Below, piece by piece: positions 26,105-39,400 of a DNA stretch of 64,000 nt. The stretch is taken from the NCBI GenBank assembly GCA_964247055.1, contig OZ176058.1:1922001-1986000 (forward strand), given 5' to 3'. This DNA comes from Paragordius varius (Eukaryota; Animalia; Nematomorpha). Position 1 is the first letter of the stretch, and each line of letters opens with the position of its first letter. A model generated the notes under the pieces. It saw only the letters and a program-made list of their open reading frames with translations. It did not search any database and was not told the DNA's origin. Made by a program: the position numbers and the translations under genes.

Positions 26105-27140
26105 TTTTTGTTTTTTTCTGAGAAAATAAATTTATAAACTATATTTACTCAATATTTAAAACTAAGACTCAAAATTTTACATACACGGCTGATTTGATAT
26201 ATTTACAGTACAAATTCAAATTCTACAGATAAAATGTAAAAATATAAAGACAAATACTTTTTTCTAGAAGGCAACCATACTTTCTAAATGGTTAATGTTT
26301 CCCATAAAAGACTTAAATACAATTGTAGAATATAGAATTGATTGTGTTATTAATGTATGTCTCTATTTTACGTTTTGCCATTTAAAACAATGAGTTAGTT
26401 ATTTGAAATAAATCACGATTTAAAAAGTCTGGTTGTCTTTTAGAAAAAAAAATTTGTCTTTATATTTTTACGTTTTGTCCGTTCGTATAATTTCCGTTTT
26501 ACCGTATTGTCTCAAAAAAAATATTTAGCCAAATATAAGTAAACTTTGCGATATACCTAAAATAGTACGTACCTGAGAATATGAGTCGGTCCAATAATAA
26601 CTGAATAAAAGCTTTCTATAAATATAAAATAAATGTTTTATCAAATTTTTTTGATTAAATCATCATTGTTTATTTGTAAGTAATAATTTACACAAGTGTG
26701 CCCTTAATGCACAGTAGCGTATAGCATGGAAAATAGTTTGTCCATAATTCAACAAAATTAATGTGGCAATATAGGAAAAAACACCCAATTTCATCCGTTT
26801 GTTGTTTGTTACCATATGCTACTGGAATAGCTAAATATGTTATACAGCGTATATATGGTAAAATTGTTGTATAAATGACTAATTTTCTTTAAATTTAAAT
26901 ATTTTAAGGTTTTGGGTTAGTCAAAATAATTTAGACAAGCAGTTAAATATATTTTAGATTCCATATTTACCATAAAATTTATTTAAAATAAGTAAAGGTA
27001 TAAAAACTCAATCTTGGGTGAAAAAATGATTATTAAATTATAATAGATGCAAACTTGAACAAATCGGAATATTTTTCAAAAATTAAATTTTAAAAAACGT
27101 AAAAAGTTAAAGACGAATATTTTTTAAAAACCCTTGATTT

Positions 27141-29753
27141 TTAGCTGGCCAGTCACGCTTCGCTGTGACGCAGTCTTACCGATAATATCTCTTAATTATT
27201 TGCAATAAATAGAGGTTATGTAGATAAAAAAATAATTGAAAACATATTCAATAAAAAGAATGTCTTTAATTATTCTTTTAGTTTTTGCATATGCTCAAAT
27301 ATTGTTTCCTCGCAATCGACCATATTTAAACTGTCCCTTATTAAAGTTAAAATTTTAGGAAATCATGGTTAAAAGTTTTATTTTGAAATTGTGTTCACAG
27401 GATCAAGGGATATAAAAAGTAAATCATTTGTGGTCCCTTTTTAAAGGAAAGAATGATATACGAATTCCCCAGAAATGTGTTTAACTGAACTCGTATGGCT
27501 TCTAAGTTTTTGAAAATTAGCTCCAAAACCACGCCATTTTTGTATGGCGTCTCAGTTTTAAACCGGTACCCCCCTACCCATAAACCAATATGAGCGCTGA
27601 GTTAACTTCTTTGCCTTTATAGGGCAAATATTAGGAATCATCTTTGATGCCATCGTCTCATGTGTTATTGGAAAAAATACAACACTAAAAAATCGTTATA
27701 TGATGGCGTATCTTTAGGGCATAAAACCCCAAATTAACGGCTAATAAAAAATGCCTGACCTTTTTAACCTAGTTACCGGTAATATTTCAGGCTTTTAATG
27801 AGCTCAGATGGCTTCCTAATCTGTAAATTAGCTCCAAAACAACGCAATTCGTATATAGTGGCGCAGTTGGCGGGTAGCTCCTAATCCAGGGACAAGTATT
27901 AAAAGCGTTGGGTAAAATTTTTGCCTTTATATGGGGAATATCTGGAATTATCATGGATTCCATATCTTTCTATTAGACTTATAGATTTTCTGAAATTCCA
28001 AAGGCGCTCGATATGGTGACCCAGTTTTACGCGGATAGCCCCTTAACCAGGGGCGAAACAAAAAAACGCTCGATTAAAATTTTTGCCTTAATCTCGAATT
28101 ATGATTTATTCCATATGCTCTTAATAGTTTTTGAAAGAATGGCTAAAATGTCCTTTTATGGTGATGCATTTTTCAGGACAAAGGCCTAATTAAGGGGTGA
28201 TTTAATAAAACCGTTCTACTTAAAATTTTGCCTTTTAGGGGTTATATTTCCACCCCTTATTGCCTGATAAGTCATCGAAAATTTGCCTCCAAAGTCTCAC
28301 GCTGTAACGATATGGTGGCGGAGTTGTAGGGGTAGCCCCCTACCCAGAGACCAATATAAAAAAGACTTACAATAAAAAAAATTTGCCTTTTCATTCATTA
28401 TGTTCCTAATAATTTATGGAAGAATGGCTTCAAAACTAAATAATAGTTCATGATAGTGCATTTTTTAGGGCGTAAAGGGCCTAATTAACGGCTAATTTAA
28501 AAAACCGCTTGACTTAAATTTTTGCCTTTTTAGGGGTAATATTTCAGCCTCATCAAACTTATATGGCATGATAAGTTTTCTAAAAACAACGCAATTTCGA
28601 TATGGTGGCGCAGTTTTAGACGAGTTCCCTGCCCAGAGGCTGATACAAAAAGAGTTCTTGATTAATTTTTTGCCTTTTTACGGAGAATACCTGGAATCAT
28701 GATTGATTCCATGTGCTCTCCTTAGTTTTTGGAAAAATTGCCTCAAAACTATAATACCATTCTATGGTGGGGCATTTTTCAGGGCGTGAAGGGCCTAATT
28801 AACGGCTAATTAAAAAAACCGCTTGACTTAAATTTTGCCTTTTTATGGGTAATATTTTAGTCTTATCAAACTTATATGGCCTAATAAGTTTTCTGAAAAT
28901 TAAATCCTAAACAACGCAATTTCGAAATGGTGGCGCAATTATAGGCGGGTAGCTCCCTACCCAGACGCTGATACAAAAAGAGCTCTTGATTAATTTTTTG
29001 CCTTTTTACGGCAACCTGGAATCATGAATGATTCCATGTGCTCTCATTAGTTTTTGGAAAAATTGACTCAAAACTATAAAACCATTCTATGGTGGGGCAT
29101 TTTTCAGGGCGTGGAGGGCTTAATTAACGGCTAACTGAAAAAAACCGTACGACTTAAATTTTTCCCTTGTTACGGGTAATATTTTAAGTACTTATAAGAC
29201 TCATATGGCCTAAAAGGTTGTCTGAAATTGAGCCCCAAAGGCACACTATTTCGATATGATGGGGCAGTTTTTAGCGGGTATCTCTTTACCCAGCAACCAA
29301 TATAAAACAACGCACGACTAAAATTTTTGCCTTTTAACAGAGGGAATGAAATCCTCATTAAATTTGTACGGTCTCATACCTTGAGCGAAAAATAGATTCA
29401 AAAAATTATTTTTGTGGACCTGGTTTTGTTTGTAAAAAATGGCATTTTACGGAGGGAGTGGGTAGATAAAGGCCCTAAATTAAAAAAGCGAGCCGACTAT
29501 GTTCGGAGCAATGGAAAATAAAAAAAATCATATTTGAAATCGAATGGTCAAATACGTTTTCCGGAAAATTGTCTCAAAGACACGATCTTTGTGGACATGT
29601 GTTTTCAAAAAAACCCGTCTTTGACAGGGCGAAGCTATTGTCGGGGCATTCAATAATGATTACGTATTTTCGACATTTGGATTTAAATGGGTCTACTGGT
29701 TTTCTGGAAACAGATCATAAAGCCAGCATTTTCCATATTTATAAATATATATA
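27141..29753 (-). mobile_element. Older non-autonomous Helitron related to the 7.76-kb element, with degenerate internal ~155-bp tandem repeats
   Basis: About 430 bp at 29310-29750 are homologous to the A unit and its terminus (...aaagccagcattttccat.tttataaatatata). The other end reads gtcac-agcgaagc-gtgac hairpin + tggccagCTAA on the minus strand. The motif 'ttttgcctt' recurs every ~140-165 bp from 27.9 to 29.3 kb. Confidence 0.7.
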
Positions 29754-30473
29754 TTACATATTTCTATATAAAAGATTATGAAAAGACTAAATGTAAAATA
29801 TTTTAATAAATAGATTAATTTATGATAATATATTATTTGAATCTATTCGTATTATAGAAAAAATATGATTCCTGCCCAAATTTTAAAATTTCTTCAAACT
29901 ATTTTATATCATTTCCATATTTTACAGAAAATGAAAATATACAGATACACAACGTAAAACAAACAAACATTTATTTCAAGCAACAACCAAACTTTTAGAA
30001 ATCTTGATTTCAAAAATTATTCTTTGTTTCAAATTGCAAAATTGGATAGACATGCTAATTATGTGTAATTTAATTATGTTTAAGAAATCAAGTGCATAAT
30101 ATGCTTATTTGTAAAAAATATATTTCTTTTTCTAGTTACTTTTTGTCCGTATATATTCAATTTTACTGTGTTTTGGTAATTATATTAAGATATTACTTTA
30201 AAATTTTAAGTTACCAATTTTTTAAGGACAAAAATTATGGTTATATTTTTTTAAATCCAGAAATATAAAAAAATTATCGCATATAAATTAAAATATTTTA
30301 TATTTATTGCATTGGGTTTGATTTCAAAAAAATTACATATACAAAATATTAGCAATATATATAAATTTATAAAAAAATTTAAATATTTTAATATCTAACA
30401 TAAAATTAAATAATATTTTTAATTTAATAATAACTATATTAATTAAATAATTTATATTAAAAATAATATTTTT

Positions 30474-33400
30474 TTAAGATAAAATAGTTTGCTGGTGAAG
30501 TTTTGCCAATTCCATTCTTTCAAGCTCAAATAGGGAAGGCCATTTATGTGTATACTAAAAAAATAAAAAAATTAATAAAAATAAATATATAAATTAAATA
30601 ATTATAAAAATAAAAAAATTTAAATTAATTATTAAAAATAAAAAAAATAAAAATAATTAAAAAATTTTAAATATATATCATAACCTATTAAATAATAATA
30701 GGAAATACTTCCTTATTTGTAATAAAATAATAATTTATAAAATGTATGAAAATTAAAATTTAATAGGAAGTATAAAACAAATTTCAAGGTTATGTCGTCA
30801 TATAAAAATGCAATTCTTCCTGTTTTATAAAAAAATTTATTTTAATCAAAAAATATATTAATCAAAAAAGTTATTTTTATATCGATATGCTTGTTACTTT
30901 TCAAACTTTAATAAAATTACATTTTTTTTTTATATTATTAAATTTTAAAAAGCCTAAATAATTTTATTCATGAAAAATTTGCCTAATTTAATTTTTTTAA
31001 AAAAATTTTAAATTTTAAATATAAAAAAATAATTATCAGACAAAATGTATTTTTTTAAAAAAACAGCCATACTTTATTTTTGCCTGTTTTTCCTAATTAA
31101 ATCATTCATTTATATTATACGATCAAATGTTTACTAATTTACGTTTTTATTCGTATTTTGCAAGACCAAACGATATAAAAAAGAGTTGTCCAAAAAATAT
31201 TAAAAAATTCTGTCTCTTAGTTATTACATTTTGTCTGTATAATTTTAAATTTTACTAATTTAACTTCAAAACTTGTTTAAAAATATTTTATTTAGCCTTT
31301 AGTTAGTTCGCTTTTGAATTATATTTTGAGTTACAATGCAATCTCGATATAATTTTAAAAATTAAATTATTTAAATTTTGATATTTAAAAGTTAAGTTCA
31401 TAAATAAAATAAAAACTATTTTTTTTAGCATTGATTTAAAAAACTCACTTTATGACTAAAGTATGGTTTGAAATTAAACACCGGTAATTTTGGGAGGGCG
31501 GATGGCACATTTTCCCCACAGTTTTCATTTTTGTGGTTAATAAAATCTAAGTCAGGCTTTGTTTTATCGATGGCTATTGGATTATCGACTTCTAAGGGAT
31601 TTACAAAATCTCTGTTCTGACTTTCACAATCTAGCAAGAGTTTAACCGAATTTGCTTCGGAATTCATATATACAGCTGAATTATTAGTATCGCTAATATT
31701 TGAATTTTCAGTAGTATTGATTTTCTTTTCTAAATCAGTTGTTTTATTATTATTCGTAAAATTTTCTATTGTCTTATATATCTTGTCTAAATCGCCTGTT
31801 TTGTGTGAATTGAAATTTGGATTTTCTGAGGTATGTAAATTGTTGTTTAAATCAGCTGTTTCATTGATAAAATTAATATTTTCTGTATTATTTATTATCT
31901 TATCTAAATCAGTTAAATTTGAATTCGAGTTTTCTGCAATATTAATTTTATTGTCCAAATCAGCTGTTTTATTTGAATTAAAATTATTACAAGTTTTTTC
32001 AGGGCTTTTATTTGGAATTGTCATTTCTTTAGTCATAATTTTCTTGTCCATATCAACTGTTTTATATGAAAATATATTATCTTTGTCTGAAACAGCTGTT
32101 TTTTCAAACTTTTTATTGCGAATATGATGTATAGAATTAAAATTTGTGCCTAAAGCTGTTTTATTAACATTTTCTGTAGTTTTTATCTCGAAATCAGTTG
32201 TTTTATCAATATTATTGCAATTTCGCTGGGTGGAATTTTGAATACTATTAATATCTATATTTTTATTAACAATATTATCATAGTTTAAAATCTGATGAGT
32301 TAAATTGTAATTATTATATTCAGATGTTATATTTTTAGAATTTCCTGTTTTTGTGATTTTATTATGATATATATCATTTGCATTGTTAGTTTTCGAACAT
32401 ATAAATTGCAAAGGTTGTTTATAGAAATCCAAGAAAAAGTTTTTAGAATTTCCTAGATCCTGATTTTCCTGAAAAATTTCACCCCTGGCCTCATCAAAAG
32501 TTGTGGTCGTTTTTCTAAAATCAGTTTCATCCATCGACAATGCTTTATTATGTATGATATATTTATCATTATTATCTTTTACAATTTTAATATCGCTTGG
32601 ATTTTTATAATTTTGTTCGCAACCATTCTTTAAATCTGTATTTACAATTTCCGTTTTTATATTATTAAAATTAGTATTTTCTGTAATACAAGTAGTTAAA
32701 TTGTTTGTTATGTCCTCCATCGAAGTAGGGGAATTCAAATTGGCTTGAAAGCGATTTATATCAAACAAATTAACTTTCTCGCCATTTACTCGGCGTTTTC
32801 GCCGCACAAATTTTTCAATTTTATTTTCGGTATTTTCTTTAAGATTTTTGCAATTTCTATGGTCAATTTCACTATTTTCTTCAGAGATCTCAGAAGGGCT
32901 TTTAAGATTAGAGATTGGTTGATATTTTGAAATATTTCCATTTAGCATTACGGTCTGGAGGATTGAATATTGACTATCTACAGCTAGGCACAAATCTTTG
33001 ACAAGAGTTTTTTCTGGGTTTGAATTATTGGAATCATAGTTATAAATAGTTGTATTGTAACTACCTATTAGTAATTTTCAATATCAAAAATGATAGCACA
33101 ATAAAAATGGATATTATACGCACAAAACGTAAAAATATAAAAACAATTTTTTCCCCAAAAGGTCGTTGTACTTTTTTAGATGAATTTTCATATAACCAAA
33201 ATTTAAAATTTATAAAATAAGAAAGAGAGATGCGAATTGTCAACATTATTACTGAAAAATTAAAATTATACGGCAAAACGTAAAAACTTCCGAAAGAAAG
33301 GGTCTTAATTTTAATTTATGATTCTATCCTGAAAATTACATAAAGCCGAAATATTTTAATAAATTTTAGTTTTGACAACATATCAAACTACGTCGACGCC

Positions 33401-36400
33401 ATTTTTATTATATAACTTTACATCTAACTTGAAGAAAGTGGTTTATTTTGTATTGTTTTTAAATTTAAATGCACACATGTCATTCTGATCAAATTTACCT
33501 TTGGTTAATGAATATTTTATAATATTTCGGTTCATTAATATTAAGTGCAAAATTGGCCATGGTTTCAATTTATACCATATTTATTTAAATATATAATTTT
33601 AAACAGGTCTGGGGTATCCAACTACCCCAATTAATATCAAAGGACCGAAAGGAACGTGTGGTATCGAAGTGTTAAAAAGTGTGGTTGTGTTATAAAAAAT
33701 AATATTTCTATTTATGATTTTACGTTTTGTCTGTATAATATTTTTATCTCTAATATAAGATTTTATATTTAAATTTGGATTATTAAAATTAATATTTTTA
33801 GCAAAATATATGTTTCAAATAGTTTTGCCAACTTCTCAGTATATATGAATTCCTTAATCTTATTACATACCTCATTTTATGATTTAAATTATCCAATTTC
33901 TTGGTGCATTCTAAAAAATTTTTTGATAGTTACATTATAATAAAACCATTTTTGTAAGTTACTAGAAAATTTTAATCTTTTGCACATAAATATCATTTTT
34001 GGTTACATAAATTTTAAAACTAATTAAACTTTTTTACATACGGACAAAAGGTGAAAATATAAGGACAAATATTTTTTCTAAAAGACAACCATACTTTTTA
34101 ATCTTGATTTTTTTTAATATAACTCTCATTGTTTTAAACAACAAAGTATATTATATCGAAATGTCAATTGGTAACACAATCAATTAGGTATTTTACGATT
34201 CTAACTCCATGTTTTATATAGGATAAATTAAATATAATCAAAAAAGTATGGTGGTTTTCTATTGATAAAAAATTTTGTCTTTATATTTTTACATTTTGTC
34301 CATAGTATAATTTCAATTTTTACTGTAAAACTAACTCACCATGCATGGACACAGTTAAGACAACACAACCCAAATAAGAGGCTTGTATGAGAGCATTTTT
34401 GATACTTTTAAGGCTTCGATTAGCGCTCAGCTGTTCGCCATTCAAAGCAATCAGCTGATCTCCGTTCCTGAGTCCGGCCCGCTCGGCACAACTTCCTGTA
34501 TATACAAAAATTAAAAAAATAAAAAAGTTAAAAAGTGAATTTATAATAAAATTATGGAAATCTTAAAGACAAAATCGTAAAAATCTAAAAAAAAAATTAA
34601 AAGAATTTTTTAACCATGATTATTTATCAGATTATAAACAAAATATAAAAAGTAAAATACACGTAAGACAAAAAACATAAAAATTAAATCTTTTTTTAAA
34701 CCTTGATATTTAAAATTACTTAACATATACAATAAGTTTTTAAAGACAAAACTTTAAAATTACAAATATTTTATTTAAAAGTCGGATGAGCATATCTTTT
34801 AAACCTTAATATTTTTTTGTATATAAAATTAACTTTTAAAATAATTTTTAAAGATAAACAAACGCAAAAACTAAACCATATAATTTTAGAATCTTGCTAA
34901 TAGTTCCTGTATATGCAAACATAACTTTTCTAAAAATTATAATTTAAAGACAAAAAAATGAAAGAAAATTATATCTTTTTTAAAATCAGACAGATGTATT
35001 TTTATAAATCTTGATATACCATTCACAGTTCGAATTCACCCTTGAACAATCAAATTCACCTTAAAAATAATGTGTCGAATTTATATAACACTAGCGTGAA
35101 TCTCGTGCTGCTACGCAGCCCGAGGAAGTCCTTCGGACTTCTGGGGAGGGGGGGGGGGTTCGAAGTTTGGATTTGATTGGGTCTACCGGTTTTCCTGTAC
35201 CAGATCACAAAGCCAGCATTTTCCATTTTTATAAATATATAGATGAGGATAAATAATGTATTAATATCCATATATCTTTTAACATGCTATGCATATGATA
35301 GATACTCCTTACTCAGCATCTATCATCAAAGAAACGCTTGACTAAAATTTTTGCCTTTTAACAGGCAATACGAAAAATCTTTCTCGAATTTTTACAGTCT
35401 CATACCGTGGACAAAAAAATACAATAAAAAAAATATTTTTGTGGACTTTGTTTTTTTGAAAAAAATGGCATTTTACGGGGGGAGCGGGTAAAAAGAGGGC
35501 CTAAATCAAAAAAGTGACTCGACTATGTTCGGCGCAATCGAAAATAAGTAAACAAAAATCATATTTGAAATTGAATGGTCCAACACGTTCTCCGGAAAAT
35601 TGTCTCAAAAACACGATTTTGTGGACTTCTGTTTTCAAAAAAAACCCGTTTTTCATACGGGGTGGGCCCGAACTGGGGGCCTATTTCAAAAAAAGGGCGA
35701 AGCTATTGTCGGGACATTTATTAATGATTATATTTTTTCGATATTTGGATTTGATTGGGTCTACCGGTTTTCCTGTACCAGATCACAAAGCCAGCATTTT
35801 CCATTTTTATAAATATATAGATGAGGATAAATAATGTATTAATATCCATATATCTTTCAACATGCTATGCATATGATAGATACTCCTTACTCAGCATCTA
35901 TCATCAAAGAAACGCTTGACTAAAATTTTAGCCTTTTAACAGGCAATACGAAAAATCTTTCTCGAATTTTTACAGTCTCATACCGTGGACAAAAAAATAC
36001 AATCAAAAAAATATTTTTGTGGACTTTGTTTTTTTTTTGAAAAAAATGGCATTTTACGGGGGGAGCGGGTAAAAAGAGGGCCTAAATCAAAAAAGTGACT
36101 CGACTATGTTCGGCGCAATCGAAAATAAGTAAACAAAAATCATATTTGAAATTGAATGGTCCAACACGTTCTCCGGAAAATTGTCTCAAAAACACGATTT
36201 TGTGGACTTCTGTTTTCAAAAAAAACCCGTTTTTCATACGGGGTGGGCCCGAACTGGAGGCCTATTTCAAAAAAAGGGCGAAGCTATTGTCGGGACATTT
36301 ATTAATGATTATATTTTTTCGATATTTGGATTTGATTGGGTCTACCGGTTTTCCTGTACCAGATCACAAAGCCAGCATTTTCCATTTTTATAAATATATA

Positions 36401-39400
36401 GATGAGGATAAATAATGTATTAATATCCATATATCTTTTAACATGCTATGCATATGATAGATACTCCTTACTCAGCATCTATCATCAAAGAAACGCTTGA
36501 CTAAAAATTTGCCTTTTAACAGGCAATACGAAAAATCTTTCTCGAATTTTTACAGTCTCATACCGTGGACAAAAAATACAATCAAAAAAATATTTTTGTG
36601 GACTTGGTTTTTTTTGAAAAAAATGGCATTTTACGGGGGGAGCGGGTAAAAAGAGGGCCTAAATCAAAAAAGTGACTCGACCATGTTCAGCGCGATCAAA
36701 AATAGGTAAACAAAATTCATATTTGAAATTGAATGGTCCAACACGTTCTCCAAAAAATTGACTTAACCCATTTTTCACACGGGGTGGGCCCGAACTGGGG
36801 ACCTAATTCCAAAAAAGGGCGAAGCTATTGTCGAGGCATTCATTTGTGATTATATTTTTTCGATATTTGGATTTGATTGGGATCACCGGTTTTCCGGAAA
36901 CAGATCACAAAGTTATATGAAAAATCAGTTTTTAGCGGGTAGCTCCTTACCCAGCAGCTATCATCAAATAAACGGTGGACTAAAATTTTTGCCTTTTAAC
37001 AGGGAATACGTGGAATCTTTATTGAATTTTTAAGGTCTCATACCTAGGACGAAAAATCGATTTAAAAAATATTTTTGTGGACTTTGTTTTTTTTTTGAAA
37101 AAAATGGCATTTTACGGGGGGAGCGGGTAAAAAGAGGGCCTAAATCAAAAAAGTGACTCGACTATGTTCGGCGCAATCGAAAATAAGTAAACAAAAATCA
37201 TATTTGAAATTGAATGGTCCAACACGTTCTCCGGAAAATTGTCTCAAAAACACGATTTTGTGGACTTCTGTTTTCAAAAAAAACCCGTTTTTCATACGGG
37301 GTGGGCCCGAACTGGAGGCCTATTTCAAAAAAAGGGCGAAGCTATTGTCGGGACATTTATTAATGATTATATTTTTTCGATATTTGGATTTGATTGGGTC
37401 TACCGGTTTTCCTGTACCAGATCACAAAGCCAGCATTTTCCATTTTTATAAATATATAGATGAGGATAAATAATGTATTAATATCCATATATCTTTTAAC
37501 ATGCTATGCATATGATAGATACTCCTTACTCAGCATCTATCATCAAAGAAACGCTTGACTAAAAATTTGCCTTTTAACAGGCAATACGAAAAATCTTTCT
37601 CGAATTTTTACAGTCTCATACCGTGGACAAAAAATACAATCAAAAAAATATTTTTGTGGACTTTGTTTTTTTTGAAAAAAATGGCATTTTACGGGGGGAG
37701 CGGGTAAAAAGAGGGCCTAAATCAAAAAAGTGACTCGACCATGTTCAGCGCGATCAAAAATAGGTAAACAAAATTCATATTTGAAATTGAATGGTCCAAC
37801 ACGTTCTCCAAAAAATTGACTTAACCCATTTTTCACACGGGGTGGGCCCGAACTGGGGACCTAATTCCAAAAAAGGGCGAAGCTATTGTCGAGGCATTCA
37901 TTTGTGATTATATTTTTTCGATATTTGGATTTGATTGGGATCACCGGTTTTCCGGAAACAGATCACAAAGTTATATGAAAAATCAGTTTTTAGCGGGTAG
38001 CTCCTTACCCAGCAGCTATCATCAAATAAACGGTGGACTAAAATTTTTGCCTTTTAACAGGGAATACGTGGAATCTTTATTGAATTTTTAAGGTCTCATA
38101 CCTAGGACGAAAAATCGATTTAAAAAATATTTTTGTGGACTTTGTTTTTTTTTTGAAAAAAATGGCATTTTACGGGGGGAGCGGGTAAAAAGAGGGCCTA
38201 AATCAAAAAAGTGACTCGACTATGTTCGGCGCAATCGAAAATAAGTAAACAAAAATCATATTTGAAATTGAATGGTCCAACACGTTCTCCGGAAAATTGT
38301 CTCAAAAACACGATTTTGTGGACTTCTGTTTTCAAAAAAAACCCGTTTTTCATACGGGGTGGGCCCGAACTGGAGGCCTATTTCAAAAAAAGGGCGAAGC
38401 TATTGTCGGGACATTTATTAATGATTATATTTTTTCGATATTTGGATTTGATTGGGTCTACCGGTTTTCCTGTACCAGATCACAAAGCCAGCATTTTCCA
38501 TTTTTATAAATATATAGATGAGGATAAATAATGTATTAATATCCATATATCTTTTAACATGCTATGCATATGATAGATACTCCTTACTCAGCATCTATCA
38601 TCAAAGAAACGCTTGACTAAAAATTTGCCTTTTAACAGGCAATACGAAAAATCTTTCTCGAATTTTTACAGTCTCATACCGTGGACAAAAAATACAATCA
38701 AAAAAATATTTTTGTGGACTTTGTTTTTTTTGAAAAAAATGGCATTTTACGGGGGGAGCGGGTAAAAAGAGGGCCTAAATCAAAAAAGTGACTCGACCAT
38801 GTTCAGCGCGATCAAAAATAGGTAAACAAAATTCATATTTGAAATTGAATGGTCCAACACGTTCTCCAAAAAATTGACTTAACCCATTTTTCACACGGGG
38901 TGGGCCCGAACTGGGGACCTAATTCCAAAAAAGGGCGAAGCTATTGTCGAGGCATTCATTTGTGATTATATTTTTTCGATATTTGGATTTGATTGGGATC
39001 ACCGGTTTTCCGGAAACAGATCACAAAGTTATATGAAAAATCAGTTTTTAGCGGGTAGCTCCTTACCCAGCAGCTATCATCAAATAAACGGTGGACTAAA
39101 ATTTTTGCCTTTTAACAGGGAATACGTGGAATCTTTATTGAATTTTTAAGGTCTCATACCTAGGACGAAAAATCGATTTAAAAAATATTTTTGTGGACTT
39201 TGTTTTTTTTTTGAAAAAAATGGCATTTTACGGGGGGAGCGGGTAAAAAGAGGGCCTAAATCAAAAAAGTGACTCGACTATGTTCGGCGCAATCGAAAAT
39301 AAGTAAACAAAAATCATATTTGAAATTGAATGGTCCAACACGTTCTCCGGAAAATTGTCTCAAAAACACGATTTTGTGGACTTCTGTTTTCAAAAAAAAC

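Noticed and set aside
31717-32127. 136-aa hydrophobic plus-strand ORF
   Set aside because: Antisense shadow of the Asn/Lys-rich coding exon on the minus strand.
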